Origin: Flavobacterium sp. UBA7680
Lineage (GTDB): Bacteria > Bacteroidota > Bacteroidia > Flavobacteriales > Flavobacteriaceae
Assembly: GCF_002482975.1 (NCBI RefSeq)
Contig: NZ_DLHA01000050.1
Span: 254,546 to 318,545, forward strand
Direction of reading: 5' to 3'
DNA length: 64,000 bases
Shown piece by piece: positions 20,386-29,448 of the stretch. A model generated the notes under the pieces. That model saw nothing but the letters and a program-made list of their open reading frames with translations. It had not been told where the DNA came from and searched no databases. How positions within the stretch are numbered: position 1 is the first letter of the stretch; every line of letters begins with the position of its first letter. Made by a program: the position numbers and the translations under genes.

Positions 20386-21045
20386 TTACTTTGTGATTAA
20401 TGATTCGATAAAGTTTTCATCCATTACAGTGAAATCTTTAAAAATGAAATCAGCCTCATGCAAAATTGTTTCCTCACCAATTCCCACACTTACCATTTCT
20501 GCAATATTTGCTGCCTGAATTCCGGCAACAGAATCTTCAAATACAATTGAATTTTTTGGATCAATGTTTAATAATTGAGCCGCTTTTAAGAAAACTTCAG
20601 GATCTGGTTTTGCATTGGTAACGTCATTTCCGTCCACAATAACATCGAAGTAAGAGATGATCCCTGTTTTTTCTAAAATTGGTCTTGCATTTTTACTGGC
20701 AGAGCCTAATGCAATTCCTTGGTTTTTATCTTTTAATAGTTTTAGAATTTTAAAAACTCCAGGAAGAATCTCGTTTTCGTCCATGTCAACTAAATAAGAT
20801 AAGTAATCTTCGTTTTTTTGAATTAACCATTTGTCTTTGTCTCCCTGAGAAGCTTCAACATTTCCTAATCCAAGTATAATATCCAACGAACGAACCCGGC
20901 TCACGCCTTTTAAAAGTTCGTTGTCTTCATGCGTAAAATTTATGTTTAGAGATTGCGCAATTTTTTGCCAGGCTAAAAAGTGGTATTTAGCGGTATCAAC
21001 GATCACTCCATCAAGATCGAATATGAATGCTTTTTTATTATTCAT
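20386..21045 (-). CDS. pgmB: Beta-phosphoglucomutase
   Basis: It has the HAD motif FDLDGVIVDTAKYH and GSASKNA, and sits next to the GH65 gene. The ATG at 21045 overlaps the upstream MFS stop (ATGAATAA). The track start at 21054 is a TTG. Confidence 0.8.
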   Translation of the reverse strand: MNNKKAFIFDLDGVIVDTAKYHFLAWQKIAQSLNINFTHEDNELLKGVSRVRSLDIILGLGNVEASQGDKDKWLIQKNEDYLSYLVDMDENEILPGVFKILKLLKDKNQGIALGSASKNARPILEKTGIISYFDVIVDGNDVTNAKPDPEVFLKAAQLLNIDPKNSIVFEDSVAGIQAANIAEMVSVGIGEETILHEADFIFKDFTVMDENFIESLITK

Positions 21046-22555
21046 GAATTTCAATTTTAGTTCTGCTATTTACTCTAAGTGTAAGTAATCCGGCAAATAT
21101 CATTGATACACCTCCAATTATTAAGGCGTAAATAGGTTCATTATGAAAGAATTGTTTAATTACAAATCCTAAGATTGTAGCGGCTACAATTTGTGGTATT
21201 ACGACAAAAAAGTTAAAAACTCCCATGTAATAACCCATTTTTGCAGCAGGTAAAGCTCCGGAAAGCATTGCATAAGGCATTGATAAAATACTCGCCCATG
21301 CAATACCAACTCCTAACATTGGCAGGATCAGCATTTGTTTATCACCAATAAAATAAATCGAAATTAAACCAATACCTCCAGCACATAAGGCTAATAAATG
21401 TGTTGCTCTAATGCCTACTTTTTTTGCAATAACTGGTAATAAGAAAGCTACGGCTGCAGCTACTCCGTTATAAACTGTAAATAAAACAGAAACCCAGTCG
21501 GCAGCATCATTGTATACTTTTGAAGTTGTATCGGTTGTATGAAAAAGATGTGTTGTAACAGCTTGAGTTGTATAAATCCACATGGAGAAAAGCGCAAACC
21601 AAGAGAAAAACTGAACCCATGCTAATTTTTGCATTGTTTTCGGCATATTCAATAAATCGGTCATGATTATAGTAAAACCATTCTGAACTTTTTTAGTTCG
21701 TAATTGAGATGCAATTACAAATAAAATACCCATGAAAATCAATCCGATAAATAAAATATATAACTCTTTTGCAAGGCTGTTTTCGAAAATTAAAAATGAA
21801 ATTAATCCTCCGATAGCAGCAAATATTAATCCTAAAAACAATTGTTTTTTAATCGTAACACCTGATTCAATTTCAGAATTAGATATATCTTCTGTGTTTT
21901 TTTTGCTGTTAGCTTCAAATGCTAAAAGTTCTTCAGGAGTATATTCGGTTGTTTTAAAAACAGTCCATAAAACAGAAAGAAGAAAAATAATTCCACCAAT
22001 ATAGAACGACCATTTTACTGTGTCCGGAATAATTCCTTTAGGAGCAACATTGTTTAAATCAGATAAATTTGCGAAAAGATAAGGTAAAATAGAACCTACA
22101 ACAGCTCCGGTGCCAATAAAGAAACTCTGCATAACAAAACCCAAAGCTCGTTGCTCGTCCGGTAAATTATCGCCAACAAAAGCACGAAAAGGTTCCATTG
22201 AAACATTTATCGAAGCATCCATTATCCATAAAGTTCCTGCCGCAATCCACAAAGTAGGAGAGTTTGGCATAACGAATAATGCGATCGAAGACAAAATAGC
22301 TCCAATTAAAAAATAGGGGCGACGTCTGCCTAAACGAGTCCAGGTTCTATCACTGAAATAACCAATAACGGGTTGAATTATCAAGCCTGAAACAGGCGCA
22401 GCAATCCACAAAATTGGAATATCATCTATTTTAGCACCAAGGGTTTCAAAAATTCTTGAAGTATTTGCGTTTTGCAGTGCAAAACCAAACTGTATTCCTA
22501 AGAAACCGAAACTCATGTTCCAAATTTCCCAGAAACTTAATTTACGCTTTTCCAT
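21038..22555 (-). CDS. MFS/GPH-type sugar:cation symporter (maltose/maltodextrin importer candidate)
   Basis: 505 aa with about 12 TM segments. It has the motif FSDRTWTRLGRRRPY, typical of the GPH/SLC45-like sugar symporters found in Bacteroidota starch loci. It is the first gene of the minus-strand catabolic arm. Confidence 0.7.
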   Translation of the reverse strand: MEKRKLSFWEIWNMSFGFLGIQFGFALQNANTSRIFETLGAKIDDIPILWIAAPVSGLIIQPVIGYFSDRTWTRLGRRRPYFLIGAILSSIALFVMPNSPTLWIAAGTLWIMDASINVSMEPFRAFVGDNLPDEQRALGFVMQSFFIGTGAVVGSILPYLFANLSDLNNVAPKGIIPDTVKWSFYIGGIIFLLSVLWTVFKTTEYTPEELLAFEANSKKNTEDISNSEIESGVTIKKQLFLGLIFAAIGGLISFLIFENSLAKELYILFIGLIFMGILFVIASQLRTKKVQNGFTIIMTDLLNMPKTMQKLAWVQFFSWFALFSMWIYTTQAVTTHLFHTTDTTSKVYNDAADWVSVLFTVYNGVAAAVAFLLPVIAKKVGIRATHLLALCAGGIGLISIYFIGDKQMLILPMLGVGIAWASILSMPYAMLSGALPAAKMGYYMGVFNFFVVIPQIVAATILGFVIKQFFHNEPIYALIIGGVSMIFAGLLTLRVNSRTKIEIHE

Positions 22556-22580
22556 TATCGTAATTTGTGAAAAATTATAC

Positions 22581-22599
22581 GATAAGCGCTTTGCTTATC
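22581..22599. promoter_or_regulatory. Candidate operator or leader hairpin: gataagc-N5-gcttatc
   Basis: A 7-bp perfect inverted repeat lies 26..44 nt upstream of the MFS start codon. No second copy occurs in the window, so its role is unproven. Confidence 0.2.
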
Positions 22600-22732
22600 A
22601 AAACTTACTGTTTTTTCGAAGTAAAAGTAAAAGCTTTGACGGCCGTAAAAGTATAAATTATTTTTAGATATATGCTAACAAAAAAGCCATAAATATTTTT
22701 TATGACTTTAGAATGTGTTGATTTTAAGAATT

Positions 22733-23764
22733 TTAGTCAGTAGATTCTCTTTTTATTAAATGTGTCTCAATGACTTCTGTTGTGTAATTTTCGTTTTCTT
22801 CTTCGTCATCATCATGTTCAGCTTCGAGTCTTTCAATAAGCATTTTAGCTGCTTTATTTCCCATTTTTTCTCCACTTTGACTTACGGTTGTGATACTTGG
22901 AGTGGAGTATTTTGAGATAATTCCGTCAGTAAAAGCAATTACAGCCAAATCTTCTGGAACTTTAAGTCCCATTTTAGATGCCGTTTTGATAATTGTCACT
23001 GCAAAAAGCTCATTTACAGCAAAAACAGCATCGAAAGCTCGATCATGCAAAAGCTGACTGATCGTGATTTCGCATGTATCTACATCTTCAATTTTTATGA
23101 TTAAATCTTCGTTGAAAGGAATTCCGTTGTCTAAAAGTGCTTTTTCGTAACCGTCTGTTCTTAGTTTTCCAACACTTACATAATCAACAGTTGTTACTAA
23201 AGCGATCTTTTTTCTGCCGTTATCAATTAAACTCTGAACGGCTTCATAAGCGGCTGCTTTGTCGTCAATAATCACTTTATCACATAAAATATCGTTGGTC
23301 ACGCGGTCGAACATTACAACCGGCATTCCCTGATTGATAACTTCGGTAATGTGGTGAAAATCACCTTTAAATTGGGTTTCTTTAGAAAGAGACATGATAA
23401 AACCATCGATACTTCCGTTGGCCAACATTTCCATATTCAGGACTTCTTTATCAAAAGAATCATCAGATAAACAAATCACAACGCTGTATCCATTTTCGTT
23501 CGCAACCTGCTCAATTCCGTTGATTACGGTAGAGAAAAAATAATGTACAATTTCCGGAATGATAATACCAATACTTTTGGTTTTTCGGTTTTTTAAACTA
23601 AGGGCAATATTGTTGGGCTTGTAGTTGTAAAACTTTGCAAAAGCCTGCACTTTTAAGCGCGTTTCTTCTCCAATTTCAAGGCTGTTTCTGAGTGATTTTG
23701 AGACAGTTGAAATAGAGACATCAAGTTCCTTTGCAATCTGTTTTAAGGTTATTTTGCGTTTCAT
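22733..23764 (-). CDS. LacI-family transcriptional regulator (starch/maltose locus regulator candidate)
   Basis: It has an N-terminal HTH (TLKQIAKELDVSISTVSKSLRN) and a periplasmic-binding-protein-like core. It sits between the divergent arms of the locus. 343 aa with an acidic C-terminal tail. Confidence 0.85.
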   Translation of the reverse strand: MKRKITLKQIAKELDVSISTVSKSLRNSLEIGEETRLKVQAFAKFYNYKPNNIALSLKNRKTKSIGIIIPEIVHYFFSTVINGIEQVANENGYSVVICLSDDSFDKEVLNMEMLANGSIDGFIMSLSKETQFKGDFHHITEVINQGMPVVMFDRVTNDILCDKVIIDDKAAAYEAVQSLIDNGRKKIALVTTVDYVSVGKLRTDGYEKALLDNGIPFNEDLIIKIEDVDTCEITISQLLHDRAFDAVFAVNELFAVTIIKTASKMGLKVPEDLAVIAFTDGIISKYSTPSITTVSQSGEKMGNKAAKMLIERLEAEHDDDEEENENYTTEVIETHLIKRESTD

Positions 23765-23926
23765 GGCGTGAATTGAAAAAAATCTAATTAATAATAAAGG
23801 TATCTGAAATTTTTATAATTGACAATTTTTGACTTAAAAGATTACAAAAAATAGAAAGTTTTCAACACTACCACGTTTTCGTAAACCAATTAAAAATGCC
23901 TCTCGTCGACCGTGTTAATAAATTCC

Positions 23927-23934
23927 TAATTTTG
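23927..23934 (+). promoter_or_regulatory. Possible Bacteroidota -7 box (TAATTTTG) for the susC-like operon
   Basis: It matches the TAnnTTTG consensus and lies 66 nt upstream of the ATG at 24000. No clear -33 TTG sits at the expected spacing. Confidence 0.3.
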
Positions 23935-23999
23935 AAATTCGAAGTAAAATTAAAAACTTAACTAACAATCACAAACTCAAACTAATTTAAACAAAAAGT

Positions 24000-26963
24000 A
24001 TGAAAACAATTTACAAAAAGTTGTTATTTTTATTCCTATTGTTGCCGTTTACAGTGTTAGCTCAAAACACTCTAAATGGAACTGTTGTTGATAAAGCAAC
24101 AGGTCAGCCAATACCAGGAGTAAATGTCAATGTACAAGGTGCTCCAAGCGGTGCATCAACCGGATTTGATGGTAATTACCAGCTGTCGAATGTAAAAAAT
24201 GGAAGCAAAATTGTAGTTTCTTTTATCGGCTACAGAACGCAAACGATTGATTACGCCGGACAAAAAACTCTAAATGTTTCTTTAGAAGAAGATACGAACC
24301 AACTTAAAGAAGTTGTAGTACAAGTAGGTTACGGTACTGTTAAGAAAAAAGACGCAACAGGTTCTGTATCTCAAATTTCTGCTAAAGAATTTAATAAAGG
24401 TATTAACGTAACTCCAGAAAGTTTAATTAGCGGCCGTATTTCGGGTGTTAATGTAACTGGAAGTGGAGCTCCGGGAGCAAAAGCAGATATCAGAATTCGT
24501 GGAGGATCTTCTTTAAGTGCTTCAAATGACCCATTGATTATTTTAGATGGTTTGCCTTTAAGTAATGCAGTGCCAAGTGGAGCTACAAGTATTTTATCAA
24601 CTATTGATCCTAATGATATTGAATCTTTTACAGTATTAAAAGATGCTTCTGCTGCTGCGATCTACGGATCTCGTGCTGCAAATGGTGTAATTGTAATTAC
24701 TACTAAAAAAGGAACAAAAGGTGGAGTAAAAGTTAATTTTAGTTCACAAGTAGGTGTTAATACTGTTGCAAATAAAGTAGATGTTTTAAGTGCAGATCAA
24801 TTTCGTGCTGTTGTTAATGCAAATGGGACACCACAACAAAAAGCAATATTAGGAACAGCAAATACAGATTGGCAAGATGAAATCTTTAATACAGCACTTA
24901 CAACAAACAATAATATCTCTGTAAGTGGTGCTTTATTTGATAAATTACCAGTTCGTTTATCTGTTGGAAATGTTGATAATCCTGGAATCCTAAGAAACAC
25001 TTCTTTTGAAAGGACTACGACATCGATATCGTTAAATCCTGTTTTGTTTGATAATCACTTAAAAATTGATATTAGTGGAAATCTAGCATTCGCTAAAAAT
25101 CAATTTCAAGACGAAGGTGGTGTTATTGGAAGTGCTCTTGCTTTTGATCCTACACAATCTGTTTATCAGGCTGGTTCTCGTTATGGAGGATATTTTGAAT
25201 GGTTGGAAGCAAATGGGAATGTGCCTTTATTGCCAGCCAGAAATCCTGTAGCAAGATTAAATCAAGAAGATAAAAGAGCTACTTCAACAAGAAAATGGGG
25301 AAATATTAGGTTAGACTATAAATTCCATTTCTTCGAAGATTTAAGAATCATTGCTGAAGCAGGTATTGATAAGTTTAATAGTAATGGATATAATGAGCAA
25401 AGTACACAAAGTATTTTAGGATACCAGCCAAATGCTTTCAGTAATGGAAACTGGGTGAATTTAGGAAACTACAATTCATATACAGATGACCTTCAAAATA
25501 AAAACTTAAATACTTACTTTAATTATACTAAGGATTTAGGAAAATTTAAAATTGATGCTACTGCTGGATATAACTATCAGTTATTTCAAAAAGAAAAATA
25601 TGAGTCTGGAGAAGTTAGACAACCAACTCCAAAAGAAGATGTTACCACAGATGCAGATGTTAACTTACAATCGTATTTCGGACGTTTGACTTTGAATTAT
25701 GACAGTCGTTATTTATTGACATTAAACTACAGAAGAGACGGAACCTCTCGTTTTTCTGAAGATAACAGATGGGGTAACTTTGGAGGAGCAGCTTTTGCAT
25801 GGAATGTTGCTGAAGAAGCATTCTTAAAAGATAATTCAACTCTTTCTAGTTTAAAATTAAGAGTAGGATATGGTACTACTGGACAACAAGACATTTCATC
25901 TGCATATGACTTTTTACCAAGAGTAACTTTAGGAACTATCAATTCTCAATATATTTTCGGAAACACAGTTTATGCGACAGCAAGACCAGAAGGATATAAT
26001 AAAAATATCAAATGGGAAGAGTTAGCGGAAACAAACGTAGGTATCGATTTTGGATTTTTTAATGATAGAATTACAGGTACAGTAAACTACTTTGATAAGA
26101 AATCAAGTGATTTATTAGCAGATGTTTTAGTTCCTGATGGGGCAAATTTAAGAAACCAAGGATTTAGTAATATTGGTAGTCTTGAAACGAAAGGTGTTGA
26201 ATTTAGTATTGCTTCTGATATCGTTAAAAATGATAACCTGACTTGGAATGTTGCTTTTAATACAACTTACATTCACCAGGAAATATCAGATTTAGGAACT
26301 ACAGTACCTGGATTTACAGGATATATTATTGGAGATAATATTGCTGGAGGTTCTGGTAATAAAATTTTGATAAACTCAGTTGGGTATGCTCCAAATTCAT
26401 TTTTTGTTTACGAACAATTATACGATGCTAACAAAAAACCTATTGAAGGAGCTTATGCTGATAGAAATGGGGATGGAAAAATTGATGATGGAGATCGTTA
26501 TAAATATCATAAGCCAGCACCAGATTATACTTTTGGATTGTTCTCTACTTTAAATTACAAAAAGTTTGATTTTGCAATGAACTGGAGAGCAAGTTTAGGA
26601 AACTATATCTATGATAACGTAAGTTCAGATAAAGGATATTTATTAGCTGGATTGAGAAGACAAACAGACTTAGGAAACATTAGTTCTGATTATAACAATA
26701 CAGGATTTGTAACTAACAACAATTACTTATCAAACTATTTTGTAAAAGATGCTTCTTTTATAAAATTAGATAATGTTACTCTTGGATATACTTTTGATAA
26801 AACTTTATTAAAAGCTGCTTCTTTAAGATTTACTGCTGGAGTTCAGAATGTTTTTGTACTTACAAAATACGATGGTTTAGATCCAGAGAAATTTAATGGA
26901 ATCGATAACAATGTTTATCCAAGAGCTCGAACTTTTATATTTGGCGTAAATGCTAATTTCTAA
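24000..26963 (+). CDS. susC: SusC-family TonB-dependent transporter of the starch locus
   Basis: 987 aa with a signal peptide and a carboxypeptidase-regulatory-like domain (LNGTVVDKATGQPIPGVNVNVQG). It has the VVVQVGYGTVKKKDATGSV and ASAAAIYGSRAANGVIVITTKKG motifs and a terminal F. Confidence 0.9.
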   Translation: MKTIYKKLLFLFLLLPFTVLAQNTLNGTVVDKATGQPIPGVNVNVQGAPSGASTGFDGNYQLSNVKNGSKIVVSFIGYRTQTIDYAGQKTLNVSLEEDTNQLKEVVVQVGYGTVKKKDATGSVSQISAKEFNKGINVTPESLISGRISGVNVTGSGAPGAKADIRIRGGSSLSASNDPLIILDGLPLSNAVPSGATSILSTIDPNDIESFTVLKDASAAAIYGSRAANGVIVITTKKGTKGGVKVNFSSQVGVNTVANKVDVLSADQFRAVVNANGTPQQKAILGTANTDWQDEIFNTALTTNNNISVSGALFDKLPVRLSVGNVDNPGILRNTSFERTTTSISLNPVLFDNHLKIDISGNLAFAKNQFQDEGGVIGSALAFDPTQSVYQAGSRYGGYFEWLEANGNVPLLPARNPVARLNQEDKRATSTRKWGNIRLDYKFHFFEDLRIIAEAGIDKFNSNGYNEQSTQSILGYQPNAFSNGNWVNLGNYNSYTDDLQNKNLNTYFNYTKDLGKFKIDATAGYNYQLFQKEKYESGEVRQPTPKEDVTTDADVNLQSYFGRLTLNYDSRYLLTLNYRRDGTSRFSEDNRWGNFGGAAFAWNVAEEAFLKDNSTLSSLKLRVGYGTTGQQDISSAYDFLPRVTLGTINSQYIFGNTVYATARPEGYNKNIKWEELAETNVGIDFGFFNDRITGTVNYFDKKSSDLLADVLVPDGANLRNQGFSNIGSLETKGVEFSIASDIVKNDNLTWNVAFNTTYIHQEISDLGTTVPGFTGYIIGDNIAGGSGNKILINSVGYAPNSFFVYEQLYDANKKPIEGAYADRNGDGKIDDGDRYKYHKPAPDYTFGLFSTLNYKKFDFAMNWRASLGNYIYDNVSSDKGYLLAGLRRQTDLGNISSDYNNTGFVTNNNYLSNYFVKDASFIKLDNVTLGYTFDKTLLKAASLRFTAGVQNVFVLTKYDGLDPEKFNGIDNNVYPRARTFIFGVNANF

Positions 26964-26999
26964 AAGTAACTGATAAATAAAATTTAAAAAATAAACAAA

Positions 27000-28607
27000 A
27001 TGAAAATATCATTTAAATATATATCTTATTTCTTCCTATTTATTTTAGGATTAAATATGACGCTTATTTCGTGTACTGACGATTTAAACGTGACGCCAAA
27101 AGATGATGATGAATTTCTTTCTGAGACTTTTTACAAAGACCCAGCTTCATACAAACAGGTATTAGCAAAATTATATGCGGGATTGTATGTAGGAGGAAAT
27201 GACGGAGATGGTTCACCAGATATTTCAGGTATTGGAGGAGATTTTAGCAGTTACTTACGTTTGCTTTTTGTAACGCAAGAGTTCCCTACTGATGAAGCAA
27301 TTATTGCATGGGCTGATGGTAATTTACCTTCTTTAAATACACAAGGATGGTCACCGAATAATGAATTTTTGTACGGGACATTCTCAAGAGCATTTTATGA
27401 AATTAGTGTTGCAAATGAATTTTTGAGACAAACTACAGATGAGAAGTTAAGTGCAAGAGGTGTTGATGGTAATCTAAAAGCTGAAGTTGCTAAATTCAGA
27501 GCTGAGGCTCGTTTCTTGAGAGCTTTTTCATATTATAATTTAATGGATTTGTTCGGAAATGTGCCAATTACTACTGAAAATGATCCAGTTGGATTTTTCT
27601 ATCCAGAACAAAGATCAAGAGCTGAAGTTTTTGCATTTATAGAATCAGAATTAAAAGATTTAGATAATAGCTTAGTTGCTTCTAAATCAAATGAATATGG
27701 AAGAGTAGATAAAACAGCAGCTAAATTTTTATTGGCGCAAATTTATTTAAATTCAAAAGTATATACGGGAACTGATAGAAATAATGAAGCAGCTACTGTA
27801 TGTAAAGATATTATTGATAACTCAGGATATTCTTTTGCTAATATCCCATACAAAAATTTATTTTCTGCAGATAATAATAGAAATGGTGCTCAAAGTGAAT
27901 TTATTTTTCCAGTTGTAAGTGATGGAAATGCTATTAGAGCTACAGGTGGTGGAATGAGTTTCATTCTTCATGCTTCTATCGGTGGAAGTATGGATGCAGC
28001 TGCTCAAGGAATGAATGGTGGTTGGGCAGGAATTAGAGTGCGTAAAGAGTTTGTTTCTCTTTTTCCAGATGCTACTGCAACAGGAGATAAAAGAGGTACT
28101 TTTTATACGAATGGTCAAAATTTAGACATTGCGAGAGTTGATATTTTTACAGATGGTTATGCATCTACTAAATACACTAACGTAAACTCTGATGGGACTG
28201 CAGCACAAAGAAATGATATTCCTGATACTGATTTTCCTATGTATAGATTATCTGATGTGTATTTAATGTATGCTGAAGCTACAGTTAGAGGTGCAGCAGC
28301 AGGAAACATTGCAACGTCAGTAGGATATATTAATCAAATTAGAACTAGAGCGGGTGCAGGAACAATTGCAGCTTCAGATTTGACACTTGATTTTATCTTA
28401 AATGAAAGAGCAAGAGAGTTATTTTGGGAATGTCACAGAAGAACCGATTTGATTCGTTTTGGAAAATTTACAGGAGGATCTAAAATCTGGCAATGGAAAG
28501 GTGGAACTCAAGGAGGATCAGCTACAGATTCATTTAGAGATTTGATGCCTATTCCAACAAAAACAATTCAGGCAAACCCAACTTTAAAACAAAATCCAGG
28601 ATACTAA
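27000..28607 (+). CDS. susD: SusD-family starch-binding lipoprotein
   Basis: It has a lipoprotein signal (LISCTDD), the block ERARELFWECHRRTDLIRFGKF and a terminal QNPGY. 535 aa. Confidence 0.9.
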   Translation: MKISFKYISYFFLFILGLNMTLISCTDDLNVTPKDDDEFLSETFYKDPASYKQVLAKLYAGLYVGGNDGDGSPDISGIGGDFSSYLRLLFVTQEFPTDEAIIAWADGNLPSLNTQGWSPNNEFLYGTFSRAFYEISVANEFLRQTTDEKLSARGVDGNLKAEVAKFRAEARFLRAFSYYNLMDLFGNVPITTENDPVGFFYPEQRSRAEVFAFIESELKDLDNSLVASKSNEYGRVDKTAAKFLLAQIYLNSKVYTGTDRNNEAATVCKDIIDNSGYSFANIPYKNLFSADNNRNGAQSEFIFPVVSDGNAIRATGGGMSFILHASIGGSMDAAAQGMNGGWAGIRVRKEFVSLFPDATATGDKRGTFYTNGQNLDIARVDIFTDGYASTKYTNVNSDGTAAQRNDIPDTDFPMYRLSDVYLMYAEATVRGAAAGNIATSVGYINQIRTRAGAGTIAASDLTLDFILNERARELFWECHRRTDLIRFGKFTGGSKIWQWKGGTQGGSATDSFRDLMPIPTKTIQANPTLKQNPGY

Positions 28608-28631
28608 CTAACCTTATAAAAAATAATAAAA

Positions 28632-29381
28632 ATGAAAAATATATATAAAATTTTAATCGCATTCGTTGGTGTGCTAGCGGTATCATGTAATGCTGACGAT
28701 GTAGAAGACAGACCAGTAATCGAGGCAGCAACTGCTCCAGTATTATTAACTCCAAAATCAGATTTTAGTATTGTTCTTCAAAATGCAAATGCTACAAATG
28801 AAGCGACAACTTTTGTTTGGGATGATGCAAAATATGAGGGAACTCAGACGATTGTGACTTATAGCTTAGAAATGGCAAAAGCAGGAACTAGTTTTGCAAG
28901 TCCTGTGGTAGTAGCAACAACAACTGATAAATTTAAAAGTTTTACAGTTGCAGATTTAAATTCAGCTTGTTTGAATGCTGGGTTTGCTCCTTTTGTAGCT
29001 TCACAAATAGATGTTCGTATTAAATCATCTGTAGGATCTGGTACTTCTTTAAGCCAAGTTTCTAATTTTTATACAATCACAGTAACACCTTATCCAGCTT
29101 GGCCAAATTGGGGTATTATTGGTTCTGCAACTCCAGGAGGTTGGGATGCTGATACTAATTTAGATTATGATTTATCTACTAAAAAATATTCTTATGTTGG
29201 ACCATTAGTAGTAGGTGAAATTAAATTTAGATTAGATGACGCATGGACAACTAATTATGGAGATGATGGTAATGATTTAACTTTAGATGCTGGAGGAGCT
29301 AACATTCCTATTCCAGTAGCAGGAAATTACACTATCGTTATCGATTTTACAGCTAAAACGTATACTATCACAAAAAATTAG
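28632..29381 (+). CDS. SusE/SusF-like surface lipoprotein (short form)
   Basis: It has a lipoprotein signal (LAVSCNADD). It is in the third position after SusC/SusD and has a beta-rich sequence with a C-terminal WGIIGSATPGGWD...KFRLDDAWTTNYG block typical of SusE/F starch-binding modules. 249 aa. Confidence 0.65.
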   Translation: MKNIYKILIAFVGVLAVSCNADDVEDRPVIEAATAPVLLTPKSDFSIVLQNANATNEATTFVWDDAKYEGTQTIVTYSLEMAKAGTSFASPVVVATTTDKFKSFTVADLNSACLNAGFAPFVASQIDVRIKSSVGSGTSLSQVSNFYTITVTPYPAWPNWGIIGSATPGGWDADTNLDYDLSTKKYSYVGPLVVGEIKFRLDDAWTTNYGDDGNDLTLDAGGANIPIPVAGNYTIVIDFTAKTYTITKN

Positions 29382-29395
29382 TATTTCGATAAACA

Positions 29396-29424
29396 AAAGG
29401 GCTATCTCCAGATAGCCCTTTTTT
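29396..29424 (+). terminator. Rho-independent terminator between the susE-like and amylase genes
   Basis: An 11-bp stem (aaagggctatc/gatagcccttt) closes a tcca loop and is followed by a T-run. Confidence 0.7.
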
Positions 29425-29448
29425 AATAATTAATTTAACCGAATTATT

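Noticed and set aside
23765-23999. Search for a LacI-type palindromic operator in the divergent lacI/susC promoter region
   Set aside because: Only short or imperfect symmetries are present (for example gtcgac within ctcgtcgaccgtg). Nothing matches the 22581..22599 repeat, so no site could be supported.
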